64,000 bases of DNA from Lytechinus pictus (lineage: Eukaryota), in contig NC_087250.1 of the NCBI RefSeq assembly GCF_037042905.1, positions 22,508,001-22,572,000 of the forward strand. Reading direction: 5' to 3'. Both the position numbers and the translations under genes were made by a program. The notes below the pieces were generated by a model. It did not search any database. It worked only from the letters and a program-made list of their open reading frames with translations, and was not told the origin of the DNA. The stretch's first letter is position 1; each line of letters opens with the position of its first letter. Below are positions 1-12,371 of the stretch, piece after piece.

Positions 1-44
1 GTATGTTCAAGTGAGGTTTTCATTTATTCTATTTTTCCCTTTAG

Positions 45-3000
45 GTTCTACTAGAGGGTGTGGCAGGTGGTAGTGATGGTCATATGAGCCTTGATGATAT
101 ATCATTTACACCTGGATGTGTAGTCTCACCAGACCAGACCCTACCCATTAAGGTTACTCCTTCAAGTAAGTACTGCCATTAATTTTACAACACAATGTTG
201 CATTACTAGATACGCACATTTATGTTTTCCACTAATTTGTTTTTTAATGTTAAATGAAGATTTAGTTTACACAGGATGTGGTCACACCAAATGAGACCCT
301 ACTTTTCGAATAAATATATCCTTGTATTGTACAACATTACAACGTTGTATTACTAGATATGCACATTTATGCTCTGAATGTGGAACAGTGTGAAGTTTGC
401 ATCGGATGAGTAATCTCACCCGATCAGACCCTACACACTCCTGCCAATAAGTGTATCAATGAATTGTACAACCACACACGTTTCTGCTCTAAAAAAAATT
501 GTGAATGTTTAACAATGATAAAATTTGAAGGATGGAATAAAAATATTATTGATTGTTATCTGTTTATTTCAAGGTGCCCCTCACTGCAACACAGGTGAAC
601 GAGCTTGTGATGATGGATCCTGTCTTGATATTACTAAATTCTGTGACTTCAAGTTTGATTGCAACGATGGCAGTGATGAGAAAGAATGTCGTAAGTTGGC
701 AAAGCGTAATTTTAGGTTAATATGTATATTTTGTAATATTTGTAGCTTGTTTTATATACATGAAATCTGATATTCAGTTAGCGCCATAAGTGTCACTGGA
801 GAGGGTGTTCACTCTTTAAATCCGCACCACTATTATTAATAACAATAATATTTTTTTCTTTTGAAATTGAGTACTGTAAGCTATATTGTTCATAGCCTAA
901 AGATAAAGAAAAAATTAACCAAAATTCACTTTTGTTTTTATTTTTTACAGCCTCAGTATGTAGATTTTAATGTGATATGTACTCATATCTATTATTTATT
1001 TTTATCACCTTAATATTTGTATTCCAGTGTTGTTCATCGTCTAAGAGTAGAAGAAAAAATCAACCCAAATTCAATTTTGTTTTGCTCTTTTACAGCTTCG
1101 GTATGTACATTTGAAAATGATATGTGCTCCTGGGAGCAATCTCTAAACGATGATTTTGATTGGCTGAAACACAATGACTCTGATTCGTTGGAATACCTTG
1201 GACCAGATACAGATCACACAATGAATAGTCCAGATGGTGAGTTATTAAATCTCCTCTCACTCTCTATTTTTCCTTCTCTCCCTCCCTCCCTTCCTCCCCC
1301 CCCCCCCCCTCTCCCTCCAAAACAAAATTTGTATTCTGGAAAACAAAAAAAATTTGCTGTTGTCAAACCTATGTTCTCGCAACGCTGCTAGCACTGAATG
1401 ATGTCACAGACTTTGGGATGGTGATTTTTTTTTGCCTGTTTGCTGAGACATGAATGCATGTAAGCAAGCAAACACCCAAGATCCTCTCTGAGGGACCTGG
1501 TAATGAGGATATTAAAATGCCGTACTAGCACTAGCGCATTAAGGGGGAATCAAACCCGGGTCACCAGAATCCGAATCCCCCATTCTATCGACTGAGCTAG
1601 AAACCTCCATATAGGACAGTGAAAAGTGCAAGATAGCCCAATTTCGAAACCTGCTTCTTTGAGTTATTATCAAGTAAAAGGCTTGACTGTCAAGCAATGA
1701 GAGTATATAAGCCTAGCTGCCTTGAATTGTTATGTTTTGTAATAACTTATAAAATAGCTCATAAGCTGTTAATTGGTATATGATTTGTCATTTTCACATT
1801 ATATAGCTCATAAGAAGGACAGACCTTGATAGGTCATTGTCCTACTGTCTGCCCCTCACATCTGCCTTATGATAGTTTTAACCTTGCTTTGTTTTTTGTT
1901 TTTTGTTTTTTGCTTATTGTGCTGTATATATATTATTTTGATATGTTCTTTGTCATTTTTGAGAGATGTGAATTAAGTTGAATTTAATTGAATTCAATAA
2001 GCTTTTAATTGGAGATGATTGGATTATGATTCATTAATTTCACATTTAGCTTCAGTTATGATCTCATGTTCATGACACAGTTAATGAATATGTGTTCTGG
2101 TTACATTTTAATCTTTTAAAGGAATTTACTACTTTGTGGATGGGACTCAGCAGGCCAGCGCACAATCAGCCAACCTATTCGCAACCCTGGTTGGCCCACG
2201 GTTCAGCCAGGCTGGTCGTATGTGTACCGCATCGGTGTGGTATTACTCGTATGGTGTGGAGTATGGTTCGCTTGCTCTGAAGCGCAAGGTGCTTACAGAT
2301 GAGAGGACGCTGATGGTCGTGAATGCCGGGAATACTGTGGAGAGCATGTGGATGAAAGCAGAAATTCAGATTCCACAATGTCTAGTGGACTTCCAGGTAT
2401 GGTTTCTTCAAATTTTATAGAGGGTACTCCACATGTTGTCATGGTTATAATAGGGATTACTAATATGAATGATTGCATTAGGATATCTACTTGATGGTTG
2501 TGGATCCTGGGAATGCTGTGGAGAGCATGTGGATGAAAGCGGAAATTCAGATTCCACAATGTCTTGTGGATTTCCAGGTATGGTGTCCTCAAATAGAGGA
2601 TGACAGTATTAGCAATGATCAAATTACAATTTCTACTACTACTAAAAATGAAAATAGTCATAATAATGGTGATTACAGACAACAAAGAGGTTGAAGATTG
2701 CAAAGATAATGAATGAAAAAAAGTGATGAGGGAGGAAGAAAAGAAAGTAGAAGAGGGAGAAGGAAAATAAAAGGATGAATGAAATGAAAGATCAAAAGAA
2801 AAAAGATTAGGAGAAAAGGAAGAGCAAAAGAAGAAAAATGCTTTAAAAAAAAACAAAAATGAAGAAGAAGTAGTAGTAAGAAAAAGATGAGGAACCAGAA
2901 GAAAGAGTGAGATCTTGTAATTATTTCATCATTTTTTTTTTCCTTTTGAATTTAGTGGATAAATAATTTCTAAATGTGTTATGATAATTATACGTGCTTA

Positions 3001-4937
3001 TATACTATTGCTTAACATGAAAGTGTAATGTTGCCTGATGTCACTATCTTAACATCTTTCTTTCTCACTCATACTTTTTAATCATATCTCTCTTTTTTTT
3101 CTTCCTCTCTCTCTATCCTTCTTATCGTAGTTCCTTATCACTGCAGAGAACCGCCAAACCCAACCCTATGCTGGAGGCTTCGCTATCGATGATATACGAT
3201 TTGATAACTGCGCATACGACCCATATACTCCTGTAACATGCGAGGTCGGGGAAGCGAAGTGTGGTACCGGCCAGTGTTATCCAGCTAATAACAAGTGCGA
3301 TTTTACAAAGGACTGTTGTCTTGACAGTACAGATGAGTCAGACTGCTGTAAGTTGATTAATTAACTTAATTGATTAAGTTTACTGAAAATATATAATTAC
3401 TTCATCAAATTGAAAGTTGATGAAGCATATGAAAACCAAGTGGCAGTCTGCCCTTCTGAGCATGCTCAGATCAGCTCACATCTATTGTAAATCCAGAGCA
3501 TTGTGACATCATTACCTCTGTATGTATAGAGGGCACCCTACTGACCATGCTCAGTTCACATCTAATGTAGATCCAGAACATTGTGACATCATTATCTCTG
3601 TATTCGTGTGTGTCTGTCTATGTGTATGTCATCATTCTATTGAAGAACTTTCTCTGAATATTCTTTTTGAAATACATTTTTTTTTCCTTCAGCTCCAGAC
3701 AACAGTTAAGGTATCTAAGAGTTGAATAATAGTGAAAATAAATACATATCTATTTGTGTTTTCTTTAGCTGCCTACAATAGATGTGATTTTGAGAGTGGT
3801 CTGTGTGACTGGGATCAGATGACAGAAGATGATCTAGACTGGACCACAGTCCAGGCCTCTACATCATCCTACCTCTCTTTTGATCATACATTAGACAGCA
3901 ATAGTGGTAAGGAAACAGATGGAATACACAATGAGGACTATTGTATTTGCTGTTGTTGTTGTTTCTTTGTTAAGTTGTTTATTTGTAGTCATTGCTTGTA
4001 AATTTCCTTTTGTGCAGTACCCCAAGTAAAACAGTGTTTGATTTACTGACGGGGTCATTCTCAGTAAACAAAACATATAGATAAGTAAATAACAGTTTTG
4101 TTTACTCCAATTTTAAAGGTCTTAATTTTCTTCAAACTTACCCTTTGAAATTTTCTCTTCATTTTGTCACACTTATAAAACATCTCTCTTTCTTGTGTCT
4201 CTCTCATTTACTCACAATTATTATATTTTTCTTGCTCCCACTTTTTCCCTCAATCTCTCTCTTTATTCCTCTCGCATTCTCTCTCACTATCTACTTTTTT
4301 CTCTCCCCTCACGCATTATTTTCTCTCTCCCTTGCACATGTTTATCTCTCGCTCTCTCTCACTCTCTCTTTCTCTTTCCATCACTCTCATCCTCTCAGGT
4401 TATTTCTTGGTAGTCAGTCAGTACCAGCAATCATCACCGGGTTCATCTGCTCAACTTGGTGGTTTCATCATCAGTCCAGTGACAACTGGATGCTCGGTAA
4501 GTCTTCATCCTCTACCTAAGTAAAAAACAAACCTCCCCCTCCCTCCCTCCCTCCCTCCCTCCCTCCCTCCCACACATCCACATGCACACACAGTTACAAG
4601 TTGCTATGCTTAATGTTGCATATAGATAATTCTAAAATCATACTTTTGGGTTTGATCTGGATAATAGAGGAGGAAACGCCACACGATTAGAAGTTGTAAT
4701 GGTAGAGCTTGGAGCAAAATAAATCTTGTTGAGATAATATTACACGTTGTTGTAACAAGATCAATAATTGTTGAAGTGTTTGAAGCAGTACTCGGTGTAG
4801 CAGGAGTAGAGCTTGTAGTGATTGCAGCAGTATTAGTAGCAGTGCACATTGTAGACATAGTAACAGGAGCAGATTTAGAAATAGTAGTTTTGCTAGAAAA
4901 GGTATTAGTTGTATTATAAGTAGTAGTAGTTGTTGTT

Positions 4938-4989
<52 letters not shown>

Positions 4990-5031
4990 AAGTAGCAGTA
5001 GTAGCATTAGTAGAAGTAGCAGTAGTAGCAT

Positions 5032-5067
<36 letters not shown>

Positions 5068-5109
5068 AAGTAGCAGTAGTAGCATTAGTAGAAGTAGCAG
5101 TAGTAGCAT

Positions 5110-5165
<56 letters not shown>

Positions 5166-8100
5166 CTAGTAGTAGTACTAGTACTAGTACCTAGTAGTGA
5201 AGTAGTAGTCATTGTATTAATAATAGTATTAGTGAAGTAGTCAACATATTACTTATAGTATTAGTAATAGTAGTATTAATAGTAATAGAGGTCAATGTAG
5301 TCATACCAGAAGGAATTTATGGTCATATCCCAGATAATGATACATCTAAAATAACATCTTCACACACCCTATCATACAGATGAGGTTCTACTACTTCATG
5401 AGTGGAGATGATGCATCCATAGCCATTAAGACTAGGACTCTAATAGGAGGTCACATGACCGAGCAATGGGGAATGTCAGGTGACCAAGGATTGACATGGA
5501 ATCGAGGATCACTCCCTCTTGTCAGTGATGATGCATTCCAGGTAATGGTGTAAAAAGATGCTGCGGTGTCTTGAAAATTTGTGTCTTTTATGATATATGT
5601 GCCAATAACATTGATAACTTTATCCCAAGACATAGAAGATAGCATAGGCTGTAAGTAAATATTGCTTGAATCAAATCTTTGGTAGATGTGTACATATTGG
5701 AATTTTTTTATTTGTAATATGACATACTAATTTGTATAGTGCAGAAACTGTGTGCATATATTCTTTCACACCCAATAATACAATTAAATCTGTCTATTAA
5801 GTCTACCCAAATGAAACAGACGAGTGGCCATTCTAAAATATGTATTACTTCCAAATGGATGACAATTTTGGTGGCCACTAAAGAATGGTTTTAACTATGG
5901 ACAATTGGCCACTAAGACATGTTTGTCTGTACATATGCCACCAACATCTATCATCATGAGAGGCTTATGGGTCGAAAAGTTTCTCGTAAAACGTACAAGA
6001 TAGCACAGGCTGAAAGTGGGAATTGAAGTGTTAAATGGATACCCGGCTGGATGTAAAAGACTATGTAGTATGCCTACGAATTGAGTGTTGGAAATCTGGT
6101 TGGAATGCTCCCCAGGGAGTGGAGAAAGTGGATACATTGTATGCGGGCATGCAAGGATCCGATGATGACTAGGATGGTAATAATTGCACTGTAAAGTGCA
6201 TAGAAACAAAGTTTAATAAGCGCTATATAAATGAAACTATCATTTTGTTATTCTAACAATATAGTTGATTGAATGAATCCCTTTGGCAAGGAAGAATAAG
6301 GTTTAAGAAATACATGTATATGTGAGATTCCATTAAAACTTGGTGTTTAAGTGAGGATTGTAATCACTGGTGAACCTAGGATTTTCCAGATAGGGGGCAA
6401 ATTTTTTGGAGGATATTTCGTCCGCGAAAAAATTTGACAAGCAAAAAAAAAAAAAGGTCTTCAACCCAAAAAAAAGGATTTCTTACCAGAAAAAAATTGA
6501 CAAGCCAAAAAAAAAGTCTTCGAATAAAAAAAAAAAGATTTCTTACCAGAAAAAAAAATTTACAAGCAAAAAAAAAGGTCTTCGAACCTCAAAAAAAGGA
6601 TTTCTTACCAGAAAAAAAACTGACAAGCAAAAAAAAAAAAAAAAAAAGTGTTCAGGTTAAAAAGATGGGTCACACGTCTGTTTTCATTGCATTTTGTGAC
6701 TCGTCATTGGGGCAGGGATACGTCCCCTGCGTGAGTTGTGACTCGTCAGGGTGGCAGTCTGCCCCCCCCCCCCTCAGGTACGCTAGTGATTGTAATCACT
6801 CTAAAAGAGAGACTCTGTGATTGAAGCGTGGTGCTGAGTCCTCTGTGATGACCAGTTGTTCAGCAGTGGCATCACAATAAAGGCTCAACTTACTATTAGA
6901 AGCACGAAAGGAAGTTCTTTTGAATTAAGTTAAGTCATTTTTTAAAGACCACAGATGTCTTTCATTTTTTTTTAGACCACAGATGTCTTTTTTTTACTTT
7001 AGAGAAATTAATTAGATACAAAAAAATGCCTTGACCCGGGCAAATATTTGTTGAGGAATGCTAGTTTACCAGTACTTGAATGTATCAGTGTATTCTTCTT
7101 GGAGATCATTCCTCATTTCTCTTCTCTCTTACAGGTTATCTTTGAAGCAACTAAAGGATTAGATACCAATGCCTTCTTAGCTCTTGATGACATTTCATTC
7201 ACACCCGAGTGTGTCCAATCTAGCACCCCTCTACCAAGAAGTACTACCACCCCTCCATCAACCACACCCACTACCAGAGGTATTTTTATTACCCCTCAGT
7301 TTCATCTTTACAATCCTATATTACCTTTAAAATCGACCACATCCATTACCAAGGGTGTACTTTTACCCCTTAATTCCATTAGTGCTTTCTAATTACTCTT
7401 GATGATTATCATTCACACCTGAGTGTGTAAAATCTAGTACCCCTCTACTAAGAAGTACTACTACCCCTCCAACAAGCACACCCACTACCAGAGGTATTTT
7501 TATTACCCTCAGTTTCATATTTACAATCCTATATTACCTTTAAAACTGAACACATCTATTACCAAGGGTGTAGTTTTACCCCTTAATTCCATTAGTGCTT
7601 TCTAATTACTCTTGATGATTATCATTCACACCTGAGTGTGTAAAATCTAGTACCCCTCTACTAAGAAGTACTACTACCCCTCCAACAACCACACCCACTA
7701 CCAGAGGTATTTCTATTACCCCTCAGTTTCATATTTACAATCCTATATTACCTTTAAAACCGACCACATCCATTACCAAGGGTGTACTTTTACCCCTTAA
7801 TTCCATTAGTGCTTTCTAATTACTCTTGATGATTATCATTCACACCTGAGTGTGTAAAATCTAGTACCCCTCTACTACGAAGTACTACTACCCCTCCAAC
7901 AACCACATCCACTACCAGATTTAATATGATTTCATCGTTAAAATCCCCATTGGACACTTTTTTATGACGGGTTATAGTCTAGTACCCCTCTAACAAGAAG
8001 TACTACCACCCCTCTACCAACCACACCCACTATCAGAGGTATGGTATTACCCCTTAATCCCATCTTTAAAATCCCCATCGGACACTTTGTTATAGATAGA

Positions 8101-11100
8101 GGGTTGCAATCTAGTACCACTCTACCAAGAAGTACTACCACCCCTCCAACAACCACACCCACTACCAGAGGTATTTTTATTACCCCTCAATGTCATCTTT
8201 ACAATCCTATATTACCTTTAAAACCGACCACAGCCATTACCAAGGGTATGCTTTTACCCCTTAATTCCATTAGTGCTTTTTAATTACTCTTGGTGATTAT
8301 CATTTACACCTAAGTGTTTAAAATCTAGTACCCCTACGAAGAAGTACTACTACCCCTCCAACAACCACACCCACTACCAAAGGTAATATGATTGCATCGT
8401 TAAAATCCCCATTGGACACTTGCTTATGAAGGGTTATAGTCTAGTACCCCTCTAACAAGAAGTACTACCACCCTCTATCAACCACACCCACTACCAGAGG
8501 TATGGTATTACCCCTTCATCCCATCTTTAAAATCCCCATCGGACACTTTGTTAAAGAGGGTTGCAATCTAGTACCACTCTACCAAGAAGTACTACCATCC
8601 CTCTACCGACTACACCCACTGCCAGTGGCATGTTATTACCCCTTGATACCATCTTTACAATCCTTTTCTATTATATGATGCTGAATATTTTCATTCTTAC
8701 CATTTCAATCAATAATGGCATTTGAATGATCACCCAATGTAGAATATTTGAGCCCCTTCTGTTAATCAAAAAGTCCTGTTATTTTGAAAATTGCCAATTT
8801 AATGTTGTTTTTACAGTGACGTCTCCAAGCCAGATAGAGACAACAGTGACATCGACCACCCCTAGAGAAAAGCCTACACCAGATAGTCAGACGGGTGGAA
8901 ATTCAGGTTAGTTCTGCTTAACCCGTAGATTCGCCGTCTTTCCTTTAAAAAACATTTTGTTGCAATTTCTTTTTTTCCAGGATGATGATGAGAAAGACAA
9001 AGAATGTACTGAAAATGTTCATACCAATACCAGTGCATAGATGGTGCCTTTTAATAAAAAACAATAATTTTAGTTAATCATGAAATTAAAATTGGCAACA
9101 AAAAAACAACAGTAAAATCTTTGTTTCATACAATTTGACTGATTTTATATCAATATTTTTATGTTTTCTCAAGGCTTGAAAATTGATTAAAAATCCATGA
9201 TTGTTGCCAATTCAAAGAGCAAACTCAAATTAATTTTAATCTCATGTAAGCACTATACTTTTTTACGTCCTCTTGCAGAAACGGTTTACATTGCTGTTGG
9301 TGTTATCTCTGGGATCTTAATCCTTCTCATCTTCCTTGTTCTGGCCTACCTTCTGGTATCAAAGAAAAGAGGGTAAGTTAGTCAAATAACTTGCATGAAA
9401 TTGATCTCACCCAAATTTAGACATCTCTTAAAAGGCGAGAGTCGTGGATGTTAGCAGGAATCTTGCAAGTATCTTCTATTTATTTATTTATTTATTCATA
9501 AATCATTGTATTACATCTCAGATAAAAGTAAGGATTGAAGGAAAGTGATCTTGAAAGAAGCTTTGCAGGATTTCTGCTATAAGAGACATGGCATTGACTT
9601 ATATTACAGTGCTTTCCTTGGGCCCGTTGCGTAAAACTTTTGCCATAAAAAAACTGGCAAAAAAACAAACGCTGGCAAACAAATTTATGCTGTTGAAAAT
9701 TACACATTAAAAAACTCTGGCAAAAAATTCCCAATTTTTTTTATGGCAAAATTTTTATGCAACAGGCCCCGTAAGTTACACTTAACTCTTGGTGAAAATT
9801 TAATGAAACAAGTAATGATTTTCACTGACTACTGTAATTAAATAAGCTAATTAATAGAATCCTTGCATCCCTGATGTGACTTTTGGTGGCAGCGGTGGGA
9901 TATAAGCATACCTGGGTCCTGTGAACATAAAGATTAGCAACTGACCACGAGGCTAATTTCTAATTTATAGGGCCCTGATGGAGTTTTAGACCTTAGCTCC
10001 ACATTTCTTCTTCATGTTCAATTCTAGACTTTAAGATTTCAATCCCAACCCCACCTCCAAAAAACTGATTGATCAAGAGGGAGAAAAGGATTGAGAGAGG
10101 AGGTGGAGTAAGAGAGATATAGACTGAGAATGGCAGAGAGAGAAAAAAAGAGAGTAAGAGAGAGACAAAGAGGGCATTAGAAGAGTGTGAGAGAAAAAGA
10201 AAGATATAGAGAGTGAGAGAGAAAAAGAAAGAGACAGATAATCCTGATATAACTTCCGAATCCCGCGATACACAACATAACATCATGCCATCATACTGAT
10301 ACTGTTAGAACAAAACGGTAAGCACTTGCATTGATATTCCCTTCATTGTCTCTTTTTCAGAACTAAGCCACCGGTAAATGAAGTGAATATACCTGGTGCT
10401 ATGGAGAACCAAGGATATGATACTGATCTTAACATCACGACTGTAAGTATACTAATCGGTGCAGGAAAAACGTGAGGGTAACGGGGGCGCTTTCACCCTT
10501 GTGACAGCCGAAATTGCCCTTGAAATTCCTAAATTCTACAGTTAACCCAAGATCTGCTACATAAACAAACATTATTCAAGGACATTTAGAAAATGAATAT
10601 TTTACATACTGCAGAATAATAAGATATGCATTTGAAGTATAATGACTTGTTGAGCAAAAAATATAGACATTAAGGGAATAGACCCCGCAATTCAGTTCTT
10701 GACCCCATATGGCAAAAATAGCCCTTATTAATATGAATCTTTTCCTAGCCTGATACTAATCCAAGTAGGGGGTTGGGCAAGGGGAGGGGGCTCATCACAC
10801 TGAATTCATCTCAATTGGTAAATAGCATGCATCTTCCTGTTCAGAGGTGGATCTGTAAAGGTTTTTCATATTGTACGTCACTTCTAGAATATGGTCATGG
10901 AAGTGCTGAAATGCAAAAGAAAATGATGATATCATACTTAAATCATTTATCATAGAAATTGAAGAACAGTACATTATTTTGTAACAATCAATTACAAATT
11001 CATTGGCATCATTACAATTTCATTATTCCTTTATAAGTAAGATATTCATTATTACAATTTCATTATTCCTTTATAAGTAAGATATTCATTATTACAATTT

Positions 11101-12371
11101 CATTATTCCTTTATAAGTAATATATTAGTGATTTTTGCAAATATTTATGATTTTCCCTCCAGTTTGCAATGCATGATATTGATACCAATATGTTTGGAGC
11201 AAGTGGAACATACAACTCAAATGTAAGTATAGATGAACACGATAAGACTTAAATCGTGTATGTATAAAAAAAAATTATAAATACAGAATTCCCTAATTTC
11301 GTTTTACTACAGGGCCCCATTTAATAAAAAGTTGCTATGATAGCAAGCAACTCTTGCTCTAAAGTCTACTAACATGAAAACATTGAAAATGCTGCTTCCT
11401 GATCGGTCTTCCTATGAAAGTTGACATTCCAGCAAGGGTTGCTATTATGGCAACTTTTAATGAAAAAGGGCCCAAAAGTATAAACTGATAAAACTATATA
11501 TTTTTTCCCAGTCACATAACTACCACAAGACTAATCTCAAGGGTATATCATTGTGGGGTGTTTTTTTTTTCTTTTTTTTTGTAATGACTATGCGTGGTCA
11601 TAAAGTTCCTCAGTTATTGGGGACAAGTACATTTTCACATCTTTTATAGTAATTATAACAATATGCCACACATATATATCACTTAGGATAGTGTTTCTAA
11701 GCATTTCATGAAACAAGTCTCAATGACTCGTTATAAGCTACTGAAATCCTTGCATCTGATTGGCTTAGAGCAGACTAGTCAGTGAAAATCAATGAGAAGA
11801 TGCTTTATGAAACAATACCTAGGAGAGAGGGAACAGGGGAGTATTTCACAATCAGTGATTATAAATGACAACTGTTATAAGCTACTAAAATCCTTGCATC
11901 TGATTGGCTCAGAGCAGACTAGTCAGTGAAAATAAATGAGAAGATGCTTCATGAATCACTCTCCATTCTTTTCATTGACATCTATAGCTTTGGGGAGGTA
12001 GGAAGGGTATTTTGGTACTTACATCCAACTAAGGGGAGTTGGCCTCGATAGGTCTTTGGCCTTTGCCAATCCCCTACATCCACTGTATTTTGGTTTTACC
12101 ATTTTCTTTTGTCATTATATTTCTTCTTTTTTTATGCATTGATTGAATTTTGTCATTGTTTATGTAATTATTATATTTTGAATAAATGTGAATAAAGTGA
12201 ATTATGAATAAATCACCCTTCTAAGTCATGTATTTTTATTTCACTGCTGATTATTCCTAAATCTTTTTTTCTTCCTCAACTTTACAGATATCTGGAAAAG
12301 AAGGCTTCTCAAATCCTACTTATTCAAACCCATCAACGGATTATCCGATCAATAACGATTCAACGGCGTAA
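45..12371 (+). CDS. MAM and LDL-receptor class A domain-containing type I membrane protein (MALRD/MAMDC4-like), 3' portion; 5' end lies outside the window
   Basis: Exons join(45-165,574-690,1096-1236,2122-2396,3131-3347,3769-3906,4399-4496,5380-5541,7135-7279,8817-8906,9279-9372,10361-10442,11163-11222,12288-12371). All are AG/GT bounded and phase-consistent, giving 607 aa plus stop. Domain order: MAM end (SLDDISFTPGC), LDLa (CNTGERACDDGSCLDITKFCDFKFDCNDGSDEKEC), MAM (CTFENDMCSW..FAIDDIRFDNC), LDLa, MAM (CDFESGLCDW..LALDDISFTPEC), Thr/Pro/Ser stalk, TM (VYIAVGVISGILILLIFLVLAYLLV-SKKR), cytoplasmic tail with FSNPTY. Confidence 0.9.
1440..1608 (-). mobile_element. tRNA-derived SINE fragment
   Basis: The minus strand reads GGAGGTTTCTAGCTCAGTCGATAG..GACCCGGGTTTGATTCCC (Pol III A and B boxes), followed by a non-tRNA body. 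Confidence 0.55.
4790..5290. repeat. Compound (TAG)n microsatellite with a repeated 21-bp interruption unit
   Basis: Long GTA/TAG run, with AGAAGTAGCAGTAGTAGCATT repeated 4 times. Confidence 0.95.
6030..6250 (+). mobile_element. SINE/LINE 3' fragment
   Basis: TGCTCCCCAGGGAGTGGAGA body and AAGCGCTATATAAATG tail. A reverse-orientation homologue lies at ~31430-31570, and tail-only pieces at ~40205-40300 and ~43025-43090. Confidence 0.5.
6365..6788. mobile_element. hAT-like MITE with an internal ~62-bp A-rich tandem repeat
   Basis: Exact 8-bp TSD ATTGTAAT (6357-6364 and 6789-6796). Imperfect TIR CACTGGTGAACCT/AGGTACGCTAGTG. The unit TGACAAGCAAAA..GGTCTTC..GATTTCTTACCAG repeats 3-4 times inside. 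Confidence 0.75.
7181..8645 (+). repeat. Exon-derived tandem array (9 copies of the 3' end of exon 7135-7279 plus intron)
   Basis: The unit TCTAG(C/T)ACC(C/A)CTCTA..AGAAGTACTAC.ACCCCTC..ACCACACCCACTACCAGAG ends at 7279, 7493, 7706, ~7920, 8038, 8170, 8382, 8499 and 8627. Confidence 0.9.
11008..11125. repeat. 39-bp tandem repeat, 3 copies
   Basis: ATTACAATTTCATTATTCCTTTATAAGTAAGATATTCAT-like unit repeated three times just upstream of the acceptor at 11162. Confidence 0.85.

Noticed and set aside
1540..1608. Possible tRNA gene on the minus strand
   Set aside because: A and B boxes are present, but there is no convincing cloverleaf or acceptor stem and it continues into a SINE-like body.
4610..5212. 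200-aa poly-Thr and 140-aa poly-Leu ORFs on the minus strand
   Set aside because: Artefacts of the (TAG)n microsatellite inside an intron.
6406..6820. Lys-rich repetitive ORFs
   Set aside because: Translation of the A-rich internal tandem repeat of a TSD-flanked MITE.
7181..8645. Repeat-spacer appearance reminiscent of a CRISPR array
   Set aside because: Eukaryotic intron, the spacers are themselves repeated, the unit derives from a coding exon, and no cas genes are present.
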